Below are positions 34,369-43,612 of a DNA stretch of 64,000 nucleotides, one piece after another. The stretch's first letter is position 1, and each line of letters starts with the position of its first letter. The notes below the pieces were generated by a model, which saw only the letters and a program-made list of their open reading frames with translations, had not been told where the DNA came from and did no database searches. Where the stretch lies: contig CALWUW010000027.1 of NCBI GenBank assembly GCA_944384815.1, forward strand, positions 243 to 64,242, in the 5' to 3' direction. This DNA comes from an uncultured Clostridia bacterium (GTDB taxonomy: Bacteria > Bacillota > Clostridia > Oscillospirales > Acutalibacteraceae). A program made the translations under genes and the position numbers.

Positions 34369-35562
34369 TTGGGGCTGCTTTCCTGGGTGCTGCCCCTGGG
34401 CCTTGCCTGGGCAGGGCTCAGCAATTTGGGAGTGCTTTTTGGGAAAAAGCAAACGGCGGGGAAAGCGCTTTCTTTTGTGTATTTGCTTTTAGCGGCGGCG
34501 CTTCTGGCTGTTCCCCGGCTCTTTTCCGGATGGGTGGTGCTTTTGTTTGGGGTGTGGGCGCTTTTAAACGGAGGAATGCGCCTGCTTAACGGGATCACCT
34601 TGAAAAAAGACAAAGCCCCGGGATACCGCCGGGCTTTTCTGGATGCCGGCATTGCCTTGGTGTTTGGGATCCTTTTGCTCTCCCATCCCTTGGACCGGCT
34701 TCCTCTGATGGTGAAATGGTTCGGGATCTACCTGATGGTGTATAGTCTCACCCTTTTGGGAGACGCCGCGGGAGCGTTCCTGAAAACCAATTACGGAAAA
34801 ACCAAAGTGCGGAAACGGGTGCGTGTGGCTCTCCCAGTTCTGGTGGCGGCGTTTCTGCCCCGGAAGCTTCTGGACTCCGTCAATGAATCCCTGCGCAGAG
34901 AGGCGCCCCAGGCGCCGGAGGGAGAAACCTCCGCACACACACTGGAAGTGTTTATTCACTTGAAAAAAGGGCTGATGGAAGGGTTCGGCCATGTGGATCT
35001 TTGCCTGGATGATACGGTGTATTCTTATGGCTGCTACGATACCAGCGCTCATAGGCTGCTGGGGCTGGTCTCCCATGGAGTTTTGGCCATTGCGCCCCGG
35101 GAAGCCTATATCCGTCATTGCCTGCGCTTTGAAAAAAAGGTGCTGGTAGGGTATGTGATCGCGTTGAATCCGGAGCAATACCGGCAGGTGCAAAAGGAGA
35201 TCCGGAAACTTTTAGGCCGCTCGGTGCCCTGGAAATGCCCGGCGGAAACCGGGTCGGGGAAGGATTTGACGGATCCGGCCAGCCTTCTTTATTTGGATAC
35301 GGGAGCTTCCTTTGTAAAATTCCGGGAAGGCAAAGGAAAGACCTATTACGTATTCGGAACCAACTGCGTGCTTTTGGCGGATGAGATCATCGGCCGTTCC
35401 GGCATTGACTTGGTGCGGACAAACGGCATTTTGACCCCCGGCACCTACTATTCCCATTTGGATGCCCTTTGGAAAATGGGAAATACCAATGTAACGGAGC
35501 GCCGGTTCTACGGACAAGCGCCCTCCGGCAGCCAGGAAAAACAGGCAGAGGCGGAAACATAA
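34369..35562 (+). CDS. Multi-pass membrane protein (DUF308/HdeD-like repeats) with a C-terminal soluble domain carrying a His...Cys pair
   Basis: This is the track ORF with a TTG start. Hydrophobic G-rich repeats are followed by GFGHVDLCLDDTVYSYGCYD...YVFGTNCVLLADEIIG. The true start may be the GTG at 34228 if the UGA is read through. Confidence 0.65.
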   Translation: MGLLSWVLPLGLAWAGLSNLGVLFGKKQTAGKALSFVYLLLAAALLAVPRLFSGWVVLLFGVWALLNGGMRLLNGITLKKDKAPGYRRAFLDAGIALVFGILLLSHPLDRLPLMVKWFGIYLMVYSLTLLGDAAGAFLKTNYGKTKVRKRVRVALPVLVAAFLPRKLLDSVNESLRREAPQAPEGETSAHTLEVFIHLKKGLMEGFGHVDLCLDDTVYSYGCYDTSAHRLLGLVSHGVLAIAPREAYIRHCLRFEKKVLVGYVIALNPEQYRQVQKEIRKLLGRSVPWKCPAETGSGKDLTDPASLLYLDTGASFVKFREGKGKTYYVFGTNCVLLADEIIGRSGIDLVRTNGILTPGTYYSHLDALWKMGNTNVTERRFYGQAPSGSQEKQAEAET

Positions 35563-35582
35563 AGAAAACAGCGAAGAATAGC

Positions 35583-35623
35583 AAAAAGACAGAGGAAAGG
35601 CTTAGCCTTTCCTCTGTCTTTTT
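35583..35623. terminator. Bidirectional intrinsic terminator
   Basis: A 17-bp stem AAAGACAGAGGAAAGGC/GCCTTTCCTCTGTCTTT has A- and T-runs on either side. Confidence 0.85.
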
Positions 35624-35630
35624 AAAAGAT

Positions 35631-36446
35631 CTATTCTTCCCAGGCCACGGCGATAGTCTCCGTGCCGATATGAATGCCTAAAACAGGCCCCAATTCCCGA
35701 ATCACCAGAGGAACCCGGGGGAATTTTTGCCGCAGCCCTGCCAGCAGGCCGTCTACGGCGGAAACATCTCCCGAGTGATGAACAGTAAGAGCCTTGACGC
35801 CGGCGGGAACGGAATCCAAAAGCCGATGAATCAGGTCCCGTCCGCCCCGAGCGGTGCCCAGACTGTTTACGGCGCCGTTTTTCAGATACAGAACCGGGCG
35901 AAGGTTCAAAATCGTACTTACCGAACGGCGCACCAGGCTCAGCCTTCCGCTGCGCCGGAGAGGATCCAGGCTTTTTACGGAGAAAGTCACCCCTACCCGG
36001 CAGCGGGCCTCTTTGCAGGCATTGGCTACTTCCTGCAGGGAAAGCCCCGAAAAGCTCAGCTCCCGGGCCTTTTTCAAAAGAAAACGGAGGGCGCCGGCTG
36101 TGGTCTCAGAATCCACCACCTGGATCTTGCCGCTGCTTAAAGACTGCGCTGCTTTCTGGGCGCTGGAAGACGCGCCGGAAAGCTTGGAAGAAAGCACCAG
36201 GCAAAGAACGTCAAAGCCTTTTTCCGAAAGCTCCCGGAAGGCGGCGGAAAACGCCGCAACACTGCATTGCTCCGTGGAGATGGAGCGGTTTGTAAGGAAG
36301 GAAGCGTAAGGGCCGTTTTCACCGGAAAATTGCTCCGGAAAGCTTTTTCCGTTTACGGTGTAGGTTTGGGGAATTACCCGAACCCCCAGGGCCTGGGCGT
36401 CTTCCCGGGTGAGATAGGCCGTGCTGTCGGTTACCAATGCGATCAT
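35631..36446 (-). CDS. degV: DegV-family fatty-acid-binding protein (FakB-like)
   Basis: MIALVTDSTAYL...VLCLVLSSKLSGASSSA is a DegV signature. It overlaps the accA stop by 4 nt. Confidence 0.85.
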   Translation of the reverse strand: MIALVTDSTAYLTREDAQALGVRVIPQTYTVNGKSFPEQFSGENGPYASFLTNRSISTEQCSVAAFSAAFRELSEKGFDVLCLVLSSKLSGASSSAQKAAQSLSSGKIQVVDSETTAGALRFLLKKARELSFSGLSLQEVANACKEARCRVGVTFSVKSLDPLRRSGRLSLVRRSVSTILNLRPVLYLKNGAVNSLGTARGGRDLIHRLLDSVPAGVKALTVHHSGDVSAVDGLLAGLRQKFPRVPLVIRELGPVLGIHIGTETIAVAWEE

Positions 36447-37267
36447 TCAGAAAACACCCCCATTTTTCGGAACCGCCCGTAGCGGTTTTGGCAAAGCTCC
36501 GGAGAAGGCAGGGAAAGCAGCCGGTGGAAGGTCTCGGAAAGTTCCTGCCGGAGCATGGCGTAAAATCCTTCCAGATCCGAAGATTCGGGGATCACCCGTT
36601 CCACAGCTCCCAGACGCAGAAGATCCTCCGGGGTCATCCGCAGGCAGGCGCAGGCATCCCGAACTTTTCCCGCGTCCTTCCAGAGAATGCTGGCGCAGCC
36701 TTCCGGGCTGATGACGGAATACACGGAGTTTTCCAGCATCCAGACCTGGTCCGCCACCGCCAGAGCCAAAGCGCCGCCGCTGCCTCCTTCCCCGATAAAC
36801 AGAGCAAGAACAGGGGTGGAAAGGGTCATCATTTCCATGAGATTTTCCGCGATGGCCAGCCCCTGGCCCCGGGCTTCTGCGCCGATGCCGCAGAAGGCGC
36901 CGGCGGTGTCCACAATGGTAAGGACCGGCCGGTGAAATTTTTCCGCCTGCTTCATCAGCCGCAGGGCCTTGCGGTACCCTTCCGGGTGGGCGGAACCAAA
37001 ATTTCGCCGGGCCTTCTCGGAAAGATCATGGCCTTTTTCATGGGCGATCACCGTGATGGGAAGCCCCAGAAGCCTTCCCACGCCGCCTACAATGGCGGGA
37101 TCGTCCGCAAAGCGGCGGTCTCCGTGAAGCTCCATGAAATCCGTAGTCAGGTTCCGGATCAGATCCAGACCGGTAAAACGGCCGGAAGCCCGGGCGTTTT
37201 GCAGCACGGTGTAAGGATCCCGAGGCTTAGCGCCCAGAGAAGAAAAAGAAGAAAAGGTTTGTTCCAT
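36443..37267 (-). CDS. accA: Acetyl-CoA carboxylase carboxyltransferase alpha subunit
   Basis: The blocks GRLLGLPITVIAHEKG and IGEGGSGGALALAVAD are present. Confidence 0.9.
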   Translation of the reverse strand: MEQTFSSFSSLGAKPRDPYTVLQNARASGRFTGLDLIRNLTTDFMELHGDRRFADDPAIVGGVGRLLGLPITVIAHEKGHDLSEKARRNFGSAHPEGYRKALRLMKQAEKFHRPVLTIVDTAGAFCGIGAEARGQGLAIAENLMEMMTLSTPVLALFIGEGGSGGALALAVADQVWMLENSVYSVISPEGCASILWKDAGKVRDACACLRMTPEDLLRLGAVERVIPESSDLEGFYAMLRQELSETFHRLLSLPSPELCQNRYGRFRKMGVFSE

Positions 37268-37271
37268 GGAA

Positions 37272-38135
37272 TTACACCTCCTGGGTATGCAGCCGGAGCA
37301 GCCGGCCTAGGGTGTCCTTCAGCTGATCTCTGGGAACCACCGCGTCCACAAATCCTTTTTCCAGAAGGAATTCCGCCGTCTGGAAACCCTTGGGAAGCTT
37401 TTGCCGCAGGGTCTGCTCAATGACCCGAGGCCCTGCGAAAGCAATCAAAGCCCCCGGCTCCGCCAGGATAATATCCCCTTCCATAGCGAAGCTGGCGGTG
37501 ACGCCGCCGGTGGTGGGATCGGTCAGGACGGTGATGTATAAAAGCCCGGCGTCGCTGTGAAGCTTTACGGCGCCGCTGGTTTTGGCCATTTGCATCAGGG
37601 AGTAGATGCCTTCCTGCATACGGGCGCCGCCGGAAACCGTGCATCCTACTACAGGGAGGCGCTCCCGGGTGGCTCTTTCAAACAGCCGGGTAATTTTTTC
37701 GCCCACTACGCTGCCCATGCTGCCCATCATAAAGCCGGCGTCCATGGCGAACACCGCACAGGGGGAGCCGTGGATCAACGCTTTTCCCGTAAGGACGCCC
37801 TCGTTTTCCCGGCTGCGCAGGCGGCTGGTTTTCAGCTTGGCCCCGTACCCCGGAAATTCCAGAGGATCCTTGGGCGTCAGGGTTTCGTCCCAGGGCTCAT
37901 AGGAGTCTTCATCGCAGATCAGCTCCAGCCGCTGTCGGGCGGAGAGCCGAAAATGACGGCCGCATTTGGGGCAGATCCCCTGATTTTCCTCCAGATCGTG
38001 GGAAAACAGCATGGTTTTGCAGCCGGGGCAAACGGTGCACAGCTCCTGGGGAATGCAGGGCTTATCCGTTTGCAGATCCGGCGCGAGCCCTTCCAGGCGA
38101 TTCCGGCTTTTCTTAAAATTGGATTTCTTCAGCAT
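37272..38135 (-). CDS. accD: Acetyl-CoA carboxylase carboxyltransferase beta subunit
   Basis: It has the N-terminal zinc ribbon CPGCKTMLFSHDLEENQGICPKCGRHF and the block SGGARMQEG. Confidence 0.9.
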   Translation of the reverse strand: MLKKSNFKKSRNRLEGLAPDLQTDKPCIPQELCTVCPGCKTMLFSHDLEENQGICPKCGRHFRLSARQRLELICDEDSYEPWDETLTPKDPLEFPGYGAKLKTSRLRSRENEGVLTGKALIHGSPCAVFAMDAGFMMGSMGSVVGEKITRLFERATRERLPVVGCTVSGGARMQEGIYSLMQMAKTSGAVKLHSDAGLLYITVLTDPTTGGVTASFAMEGDIILAEPGALIAFAGPRVIEQTLRQKLPKGFQTAEFLLEKGFVDAVVPRDQLKDTLGRLLRLHTQEV

Positions 38136-39472
38136 GATACCCCTCGTTTGCTCAAAAAGTCAGTGGTGTAAGTGCCCTGCAAAAAAGCTTCTTCGGAAAG
38201 AAGGTCCATCTGCAGCTCCGCCGTGTGGTGAACGCCTTCGATCACCAGTTCGCAAAGGGCGGCCTGCATTTTCCGGATGGCTTCTTCCCGGGTTTTGGCC
38301 CGAACGATCAGCTTTCCCAGCATGGAATCGTAGAAGGGAGGCACCGAATACTCCTGATACAGGGCGGTGTCAAACCGGACCCAAGGGCCGCCGGGAATGT
38401 GCAGAAGGGAGATCTTTCCGCAGCTGGGAGTGAAATTGTGCTCCGGATCTTCCGCGTTGATCCGGCACTCAATGGCGTGGCTGGAAATGGAAATATCCTT
38501 TTGGGAGAAGTCCAAAGGCAAGCCTGCAGCAATGCGGATCTGCCATTTCACCAGGTCTATGTCCGTTACCATTTCCGTCACCGGGTGCTCCACCTGCAGC
38601 CGGGTGTTCATTTCCATAAAGTAGAAATTTCCTTCCCGGTCCACCAGGTATTCGATGGTTCCGGCGTTTTGATACCCCACAGCTTTGGCCGCCCGGACGG
38701 AAGCCTCCATCATTTTCTCCCGCAGCTGGGGAGAAACCGCCGGGGAAGGGCTTTCTTCCAGAAGTTTCTGATTTTTCCGCTGCATGGAGCATTCCCGCTC
38801 TCCCAAACAAACCACATTGCCGTGCTGGTCACACAGGATCTGCATTTCAATGTGCTTTACCGGGGAGAGAAATTTTTCCATGTAGCAGGCGCCGTCTCCG
38901 AAAGCGCTTTGAGCCTCCGCGTATGCCGCGGAAAAGGCGGGAAGAACTTCCTCCATGGAGCGCACCAGGCGAATGCCTCTGCCGCCTCCGCCGGCCCGGG
39001 CCTTAATGAGAAGGGGGAATCCAATGGCTTCCGCTTCTTTTTGTGCCGTCTCTCCGTCCGGAACCAGTCCGGCTCCGGGGACCACCGGCACGCCGGCTTT
39101 CTGCATGGTGTCCCGGGCCCGTTCCTTGTCTCCCAAAAGGGAGATCAGGCGGCTGTCCGGGCCGATAAAGGCAATGCGGCATTCTTTGCAAAGCTCCGCA
39201 AACCGGGCGTTTTCGCTTAAAAGGCCGTAACCCGGGTGGATGGCCTGGGCGCCTGTGGCCGCAGCGGCGGAAAGAATGGCCGCCATATTCAGGTAACTGT
39301 CCTGCACCCGGGCGGGGCCGATGCATACGCTTTCATCCGCCAGGCTTACGTGCAAGGCGTCCCGATCCGCTTCGCTGTATACCGCCACGGTGGAGATGCC
39401 CATTTCTTTGCAGGCGCGGATGATCCGCACGGCGATCTCGCCGCGGTTCGCAATCAATAGCTTGGAAAACAA
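38129..39472 (-). CDS. accC: Biotin carboxylase
   Basis: LLIANRGEIAVRIIRACKEMGI and the ATP-grasp motifs are present. The TTG at 39472 after GGAAAGGAAGAG gives ~447 aa. The track start at 39517 adds 15 atypical residues. Confidence 0.9.
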   Translation of the reverse strand: MFSKLLIANRGEIAVRIIRACKEMGISTVAVYSEADRDALHVSLADESVCIGPARVQDSYLNMAAILSAAAATGAQAIHPGYGLLSENARFAELCKECRIAFIGPDSRLISLLGDKERARDTMQKAGVPVVPGAGLVPDGETAQKEAEAIGFPLLIKARAGGGGRGIRLVRSMEEVLPAFSAAYAEAQSAFGDGACYMEKFLSPVKHIEMQILCDQHGNVVCLGERECSMQRKNQKLLEESPSPAVSPQLREKMMEASVRAAKAVGYQNAGTIEYLVDREGNFYFMEMNTRLQVEHPVTEMVTDIDLVKWQIRIAAGLPLDFSQKDISISSHAIECRINAEDPEHNFTPSCGKISLLHIPGGPWVRFDTALYQEYSVPPFYDSMLGKLIVRAKTREEAIRKMQAALCELVIEGVHHTAELQMDLLSEEAFLQGTYTTDFLSKRGVSC

Positions 39473-39535
39473 ACTGATCTCTTCCTTTCCGCTGCCAATC
39501 CCTTTTCCGTGCTGCACGGGGGATGTGGCCGCGCC

Positions 39536-39961
39536 TTAGGGGGTTACCAGCGCGAAGCTGAATTCTCCCGTGACGCATAGATTTCCGTTGACTTCCCCTT
39601 TGCCTTCCGCGAAGAAAAACAAGTTTTTCTGCCGCAGCAACTTACAGGTGAAGGTCACCAGATCTCCCGGACGGACCGGGTGTTTGAATTTTACTTTATT
39701 CAGGCCTGTGAAATAGGGCATGGAGCCGGGATGGGCGTCCATGACGGATTTCAGCAGAACGCTGCAGGTCTGGGCCATCATTTCGCAAAGGATCACTCCC
39801 GGCACCACCGGATTTCCGGGAAAATGCCCCTGCAGGAAAAATTCGGTTCCTTCAATGGTCTTTTTTCCCACAGCGGTGGAAGCGTCCAGGATCTCCGCTT
39901 CGTCGATAAGAAGCATGGGCTCCCGATGGGGAATAATGGCTTTGATTTGTTCTTTGTTCAT
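39536..39961 (-). CDS. fabZ: 3-hydroxyacyl-ACP dehydratase
   Basis: The active-site block HFPGNPVVPGVILCEMMAQ is present. Confidence 0.9.
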   Translation of the reverse strand: MNKEQIKAIIPHREPMLLIDEAEILDASTAVGKKTIEGTEFFLQGHFPGNPVVPGVILCEMMAQTCSVLLKSVMDAHPGSMPYFTGLNKVKFKHPVRPGDLVTFTCKLLRQKNLFFFAEGKGEVNGNLCVTGEFSFALVTP

Positions 39962-40041
39962 GATCTGTCCTCTGCAATTCGTTGGTATTTGAGAAAATCG
40001 CGGCAGCCGGCGCCTTTGGGAAAAGGACCGGCCCGCCGGGA

Positions 40042-40611
40042 TCAGTAAATCTTAAACAGCACTTGTCCGTATTCCACCAGCTGCTGGTTCTCAATGCAAA
40101 TATCCACAATCTCTCCGTCTTCCGGAGCGGTGTATTCGTTCATCAGCTTCATGGCTTCCAGGATGCAGAGAGTCTGCCCTTTCTTTACCTTGCTTCCAAT
40201 GTGCACAAAAGGTTCCGCACCCGGTTCCGGCGCGGTGTAAACCACGCCCACCATGGGGGATTTCAGCTCCCGCATACCGTTAAAGTCCACCACCTGGGAG
40301 GGGCCTTTCGCAGGCGCCTCTTCCGGCTGTTCCGCAACCGGGGCCGCAGAGCCAGCAGAGCCAGCGGAAACAGCGGGGCCCGCAGCACCCGCAACGCCTG
40401 CAACACCGGCAACAGTTTCCATCCCCGGGAAAGCGGCGGGAATCTCCGCCGGCTTTGCAGGTTCCCGTTTCAGGGAGAGGCTTTCTTCTCCCCGGCGGAT
40501 CTCCAGGGAGGTCAGCCCGGTATCTGCCATGATTTGGGCCAGTTCCCGGATCACAGCAGGGTCTTCTCCGCAGCTTTTTTTATTGGCATCTAAATTGCTC
40601 ATATCGTCCAT
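40042..40611 (-). CDS. accB: Biotin carboxyl carrier protein
   Basis: It has the biotinylation motif EAMKLMN and an Ala/Pro/Gly linker. A GGAGGAGAGG RBS precedes the ATG at 40611. Confidence 0.9.
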   Translation of the reverse strand: MDDMSNLDANKKSCGEDPAVIRELAQIMADTGLTSLEIRRGEESLSLKREPAKPAEIPAAFPGMETVAGVAGVAGAAGPAVSAGSAGSAAPVAEQPEEAPAKGPSQVVDFNGMRELKSPMVGVVYTAPEPGAEPFVHIGSKVKKGQTLCILEAMKLMNEYTAPEDGEIVDICIENQQLVEYGQVLFKIY

Positions 40612-40621
40612 CCTCTCCTCC

Positions 40622-41845
40622 TTACAGTTTCCGGAACACCAGGCAGGCGTTATGGCCGCCAAAACCCAGGGAAGTGGAAATGGCCAGGCGCAGATCCCGG
40701 TGGATGGCCTTTTCCGGTGTGTAGAACAGGTCGCATTCCGGGTCCGGCTCCTGGTACCCTACAGTGGGGGGCACCCATCCGGTTTCCAGCGCTTTCACGC
40801 AGGCAATAGCCTCCACGGCGCCGGCGGCTCCCAGCATATGGCCCGTCATGCTTTTGGTGCTGCTGACGGCCACCTGGTATGCCGCTTCTCCCAGAGCCTT
40901 TTTCAGCGCCAGGGTCTCGGTTTTGTCGTTCAGCGCCGTGCTGGTGCCGTGAGCGTTTACATAGGTGTCCGCTCCGGCGGTTTCTCCGGCTTCCTCCAGC
41001 GCCAGGCGGATGGCCCGGGTGATGCCTTCGGCTTCCGGATGGGGAGCGGTAACGTGATACGCGTCCGCCGTGTTTCCGTATCCGCAGATCTCCCCATAGA
41101 TCCGGGCGCCTCTGGCTTTGGCGTGCTGGTATTCCTCCAGAACCAGGATCCCTGCGCCTTCGCCGATAACAAAGCCGCTGCGGCGCTTATCAAAGGGAAC
41201 GCAGGCGGTTTCCGGATCGGGATTGGTGGTCAGAGCCATGCAGCTGGTAAAGCCGGCCACGGTAAGGGGACAAATAGCGGCCTCCGAGCCGCCGGCCAGG
41301 ATGGCGTCGGCATAACCGTGCTTGATGGCCCGGTAAGCTTCTCCCAAAGTGTGGCTGGAAGTGGCGCAGGCGGTGACCACCGGAAGGGTGGGGCCCTGGG
41401 CGTTGCAGCGGATGGAGATGGTCCCGGCGGCCATATTGCCGATCATCATGGGGACCATAAAGGGGGAGACCCGCTTGGCTCCGTCATGGAGCTTGTTGCT
41501 TTCCGTTATGGTGGTCTGAATGCCGCCGATGCCGCTGCCTACATAGACGCCCAGCCGTTCCGGCGCGATTTTTCCCGCAAGGCCACTGTCCGCCATAGCC
41601 TGCTCCGCGGCCGCCACGGCGTACTGGGTGAAAAGATCGTTTTTCCGGGGTTCCCCTTTTTCGAAATATTCCAGCGGGTCAAAGTCCTTGACTTCCGCCG
41701 CTACCTTTACCTTGAAATTTTCCGTATCAAATTTGGATAACAGCCCGATGCCCCGGCGGCCTTCCTGCATTCCCTGCCAAGTCTCCTGCAGATGATTTCC
41801 CAAAGGCGTTACAGCGCCCAGGCCGGTGATCACAACTCGATTCAT
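40622..41845 (-). CDS. fabF: Beta-ketoacyl-ACP synthase II
   Basis: VTACATSSH carries the Cys, and NAHGTST and GHMLGAAG carry the His residues. Confidence 0.9.
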   Translation of the reverse strand: MNRVVITGLGAVTPLGNHLQETWQGMQEGRRGIGLLSKFDTENFKVKVAAEVKDFDPLEYFEKGEPRKNDLFTQYAVAAAEQAMADSGLAGKIAPERLGVYVGSGIGGIQTTITESNKLHDGAKRVSPFMVPMMIGNMAAGTISIRCNAQGPTLPVVTACATSSHTLGEAYRAIKHGYADAILAGGSEAAICPLTVAGFTSCMALTTNPDPETACVPFDKRRSGFVIGEGAGILVLEEYQHAKARGARIYGEICGYGNTADAYHVTAPHPEAEGITRAIRLALEEAGETAGADTYVNAHGTSTALNDKTETLALKKALGEAAYQVAVSSTKSMTGHMLGAAGAVEAIACVKALETGWVPPTVGYQEPDPECDLFYTPEKAIHRDLRLAISTSLGFGGHNACLVFRKL

Positions 41846-41862
41846 GGTTTCGCCTCCTGTAC

Positions 41863-41909
41863 GGTTACACAGTTACACGATTACACAGTTACATGGTTAC
41901 ACAGTTACA
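41863..41909. repeat. Drifting tandem repeat (GTTACAC/GTTACATG type) filling the fabG-fabF spacer
   Basis: The sequence reads GGTTACACA GTTACACGA TTACACA GTTACATG GTTACACA GTTACATG GTTACATG. Confidence 0.85.
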
Positions 41910-41912
41910 TGG

Positions 41913-42656
41913 TTACATGCTCATGCCGCCGTCCACCCGGAGCACTTCTCCCGTAATATAGGAAGCGGCGTCTCCGGCCAGAAAAGCGGCAGCTTCCGCC
42001 ACATCCTCCGGCGTTCCGGCCCGCTTGGCGGGAATGGAAGAGAGGATGGCCTCCCGGGCTTTTTCCGGCAGGGCGGCGGTCATATCCGATGCGATATATC
42101 CCGGAGCGATGGCATTGCAAGTGACATTCCGCCCGGCCAGCTCCTTGGCCACGCTTTTGGTCAGGCCGATGAGCCCGGCTTTGGCGGCGGAATAGTTGGC
42201 CTGACCGGCATTTCCGTTTAAACCCACCACGGAGGAAATGTTGATGATCCTTCCGGAACGCTTCCGCATAAAGTGGGAATACAAATGCCGGATCATATGG
42301 AAAGCTCCGGTGAGATTGATGGAAAGCACCCGGGCAAAGTCTTCTTCTTTCATGGAAAGCACCAGGCCGTCCCGAACGATCCCCGCGTTGTTGACCAAAA
42401 TGTCCACGCCGCCGAAATCTTCCAGAACGGACTGGACCACGGCCTTTGTGGCCTCAAAGTCCGAAACATCGCAGGAATAGGTTTTCACCCGGACTCCCAG
42501 CGCTTCCACCTGTGCCTTGGTTTCTTCCGCAGCCTGATGGTTCCCGGCGTAAACCAGGGCGATGTTCGCCCCTTCCTGAGCCAGACGCAGCGCGATGGCT
42601 TTTCCGATGCCGCGGGAGCCTCCGGTGATTAAAGCTGTTTTCTGATTCAGTTTCAT
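41913..42656 (-). CDS. fabG: 3-oxoacyl-ACP reductase
   Basis: TGGSRGIGKA and YSAAKAG are present. The ATG at 42656 gives MKLNQKTALITGG. Confidence 0.9.
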   Translation of the reverse strand: MKLNQKTALITGGSRGIGKAIALRLAQEGANIALVYAGNHQAAEETKAQVEALGVRVKTYSCDVSDFEATKAVVQSVLEDFGGVDILVNNAGIVRDGLVLSMKEEDFARVLSINLTGAFHMIRHLYSHFMRKRSGRIINISSVVGLNGNAGQANYSAAKAGLIGLTKSVAKELAGRNVTCNAIAPGYIASDMTAALPEKAREAILSSIPAKRAGTPEDVAEAAAFLAGDAASYITGEVLRVDGGMSM

Positions 42657-42667
42657 TCCTAAACCTC

Positions 42668-43612
42668 CTACAGGACATTTCCGGCTTTCAGCTCTTCCAG
42701 CGTGTGGCAAAGGGATTCCCAGTCTTCCACATGCAGGCTCAAAGCTTCCGGCAAAGTCCGTTTTACAAATCCGGAAAGGGTTTTTCCGGGGCCCACTTCA
42801 ATGAAGCAGGTAAAGCCGTCCCGGCTCATTTGCTCCAAAGTTTCCTGCCAGCGTACCGGCCGGGCGATTTGCGCGGCAGCGGCCTCCGCGGGTGCTCCTT
42901 CGTAGGGGCGGGCGGTTTCGTTGGCGTATACCGGGATGGAAGGAAGCTTCAGGGAAGAGTTCTGCAGAACAGCCAGAAATTCCCGGGAAGCCTCCGCCAT
43001 GTACGGGGAGTGAAAACCGCCCCCCACAGCCAGCTGCTTGGCCCGGCCGCCCTGTTCACCAGCGGCGGCGCAGAAGGCGTCCATTTCTTCCGGATTTCCG
43101 GAAACGACGATCTGCCCGGGGCAGTTATAATTCACCGGCCAGATCTCCCGGAAATTTCCGCAAATGCCTTCCACCTGTTCCGGGGAAAGCTTCAAAACCG
43201 CGGCCATGGCTCCGGGATGCTTTTGGGCGGCTTCCTGCATCCGTTCACCCCGGGCGCAAACCAGCCGGAACCCTTCTTCCGAAGAAACCGCGCCGGAAAA
43301 GGTCAAAGCGCAAAGCTCTCCCAAGGAGAAGCCTGCGGCGCCATCGGGATGTACGCCGGCTTCTTCCAGAGCTTTGGCTGCCGCCAGATCCACCGTGAAC
43401 ACGCAGGGCTGGGTGTTTACCGTGCTTTGCAGCTCCTGAGGGGTGCCGGAAAAGCACTGCCGGGAAGTTTCCGGGCGCAGGGAGTCCGCCATTTCAAAAA
43501 CGGCGGCAGCGGCTTTGCTGTGTTCCGCCAGCGAGCGGCCCATGCCCGGATACTGCGCCCCCTGCCCGGCGAACAGAAAGGCGATCTTTCCCTGTTTTAT
43601 CCGTTCACCCAT
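42668..43612 (-). CDS. fabD: Malonyl-CoA:ACP transacylase
   Basis: FLFAGQGAQYPGMG and the active-site serine block GFSLGE are present. Confidence 0.9.
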   Translation of the reverse strand: MGERIKQGKIAFLFAGQGAQYPGMGRSLAEHSKAAAAVFEMADSLRPETSRQCFSGTPQELQSTVNTQPCVFTVDLAAAKALEEAGVHPDGAAGFSLGELCALTFSGAVSSEEGFRLVCARGERMQEAAQKHPGAMAAVLKLSPEQVEGICGNFREIWPVNYNCPGQIVVSGNPEEMDAFCAAAGEQGGRAKQLAVGGGFHSPYMAEASREFLAVLQNSSLKLPSIPVYANETARPYEGAPAEAAAAQIARPVRWQETLEQMSRDGFTCFIEVGPGKTLSGFVKRTLPEALSLHVEDWESLCHTLEELKAGNVL

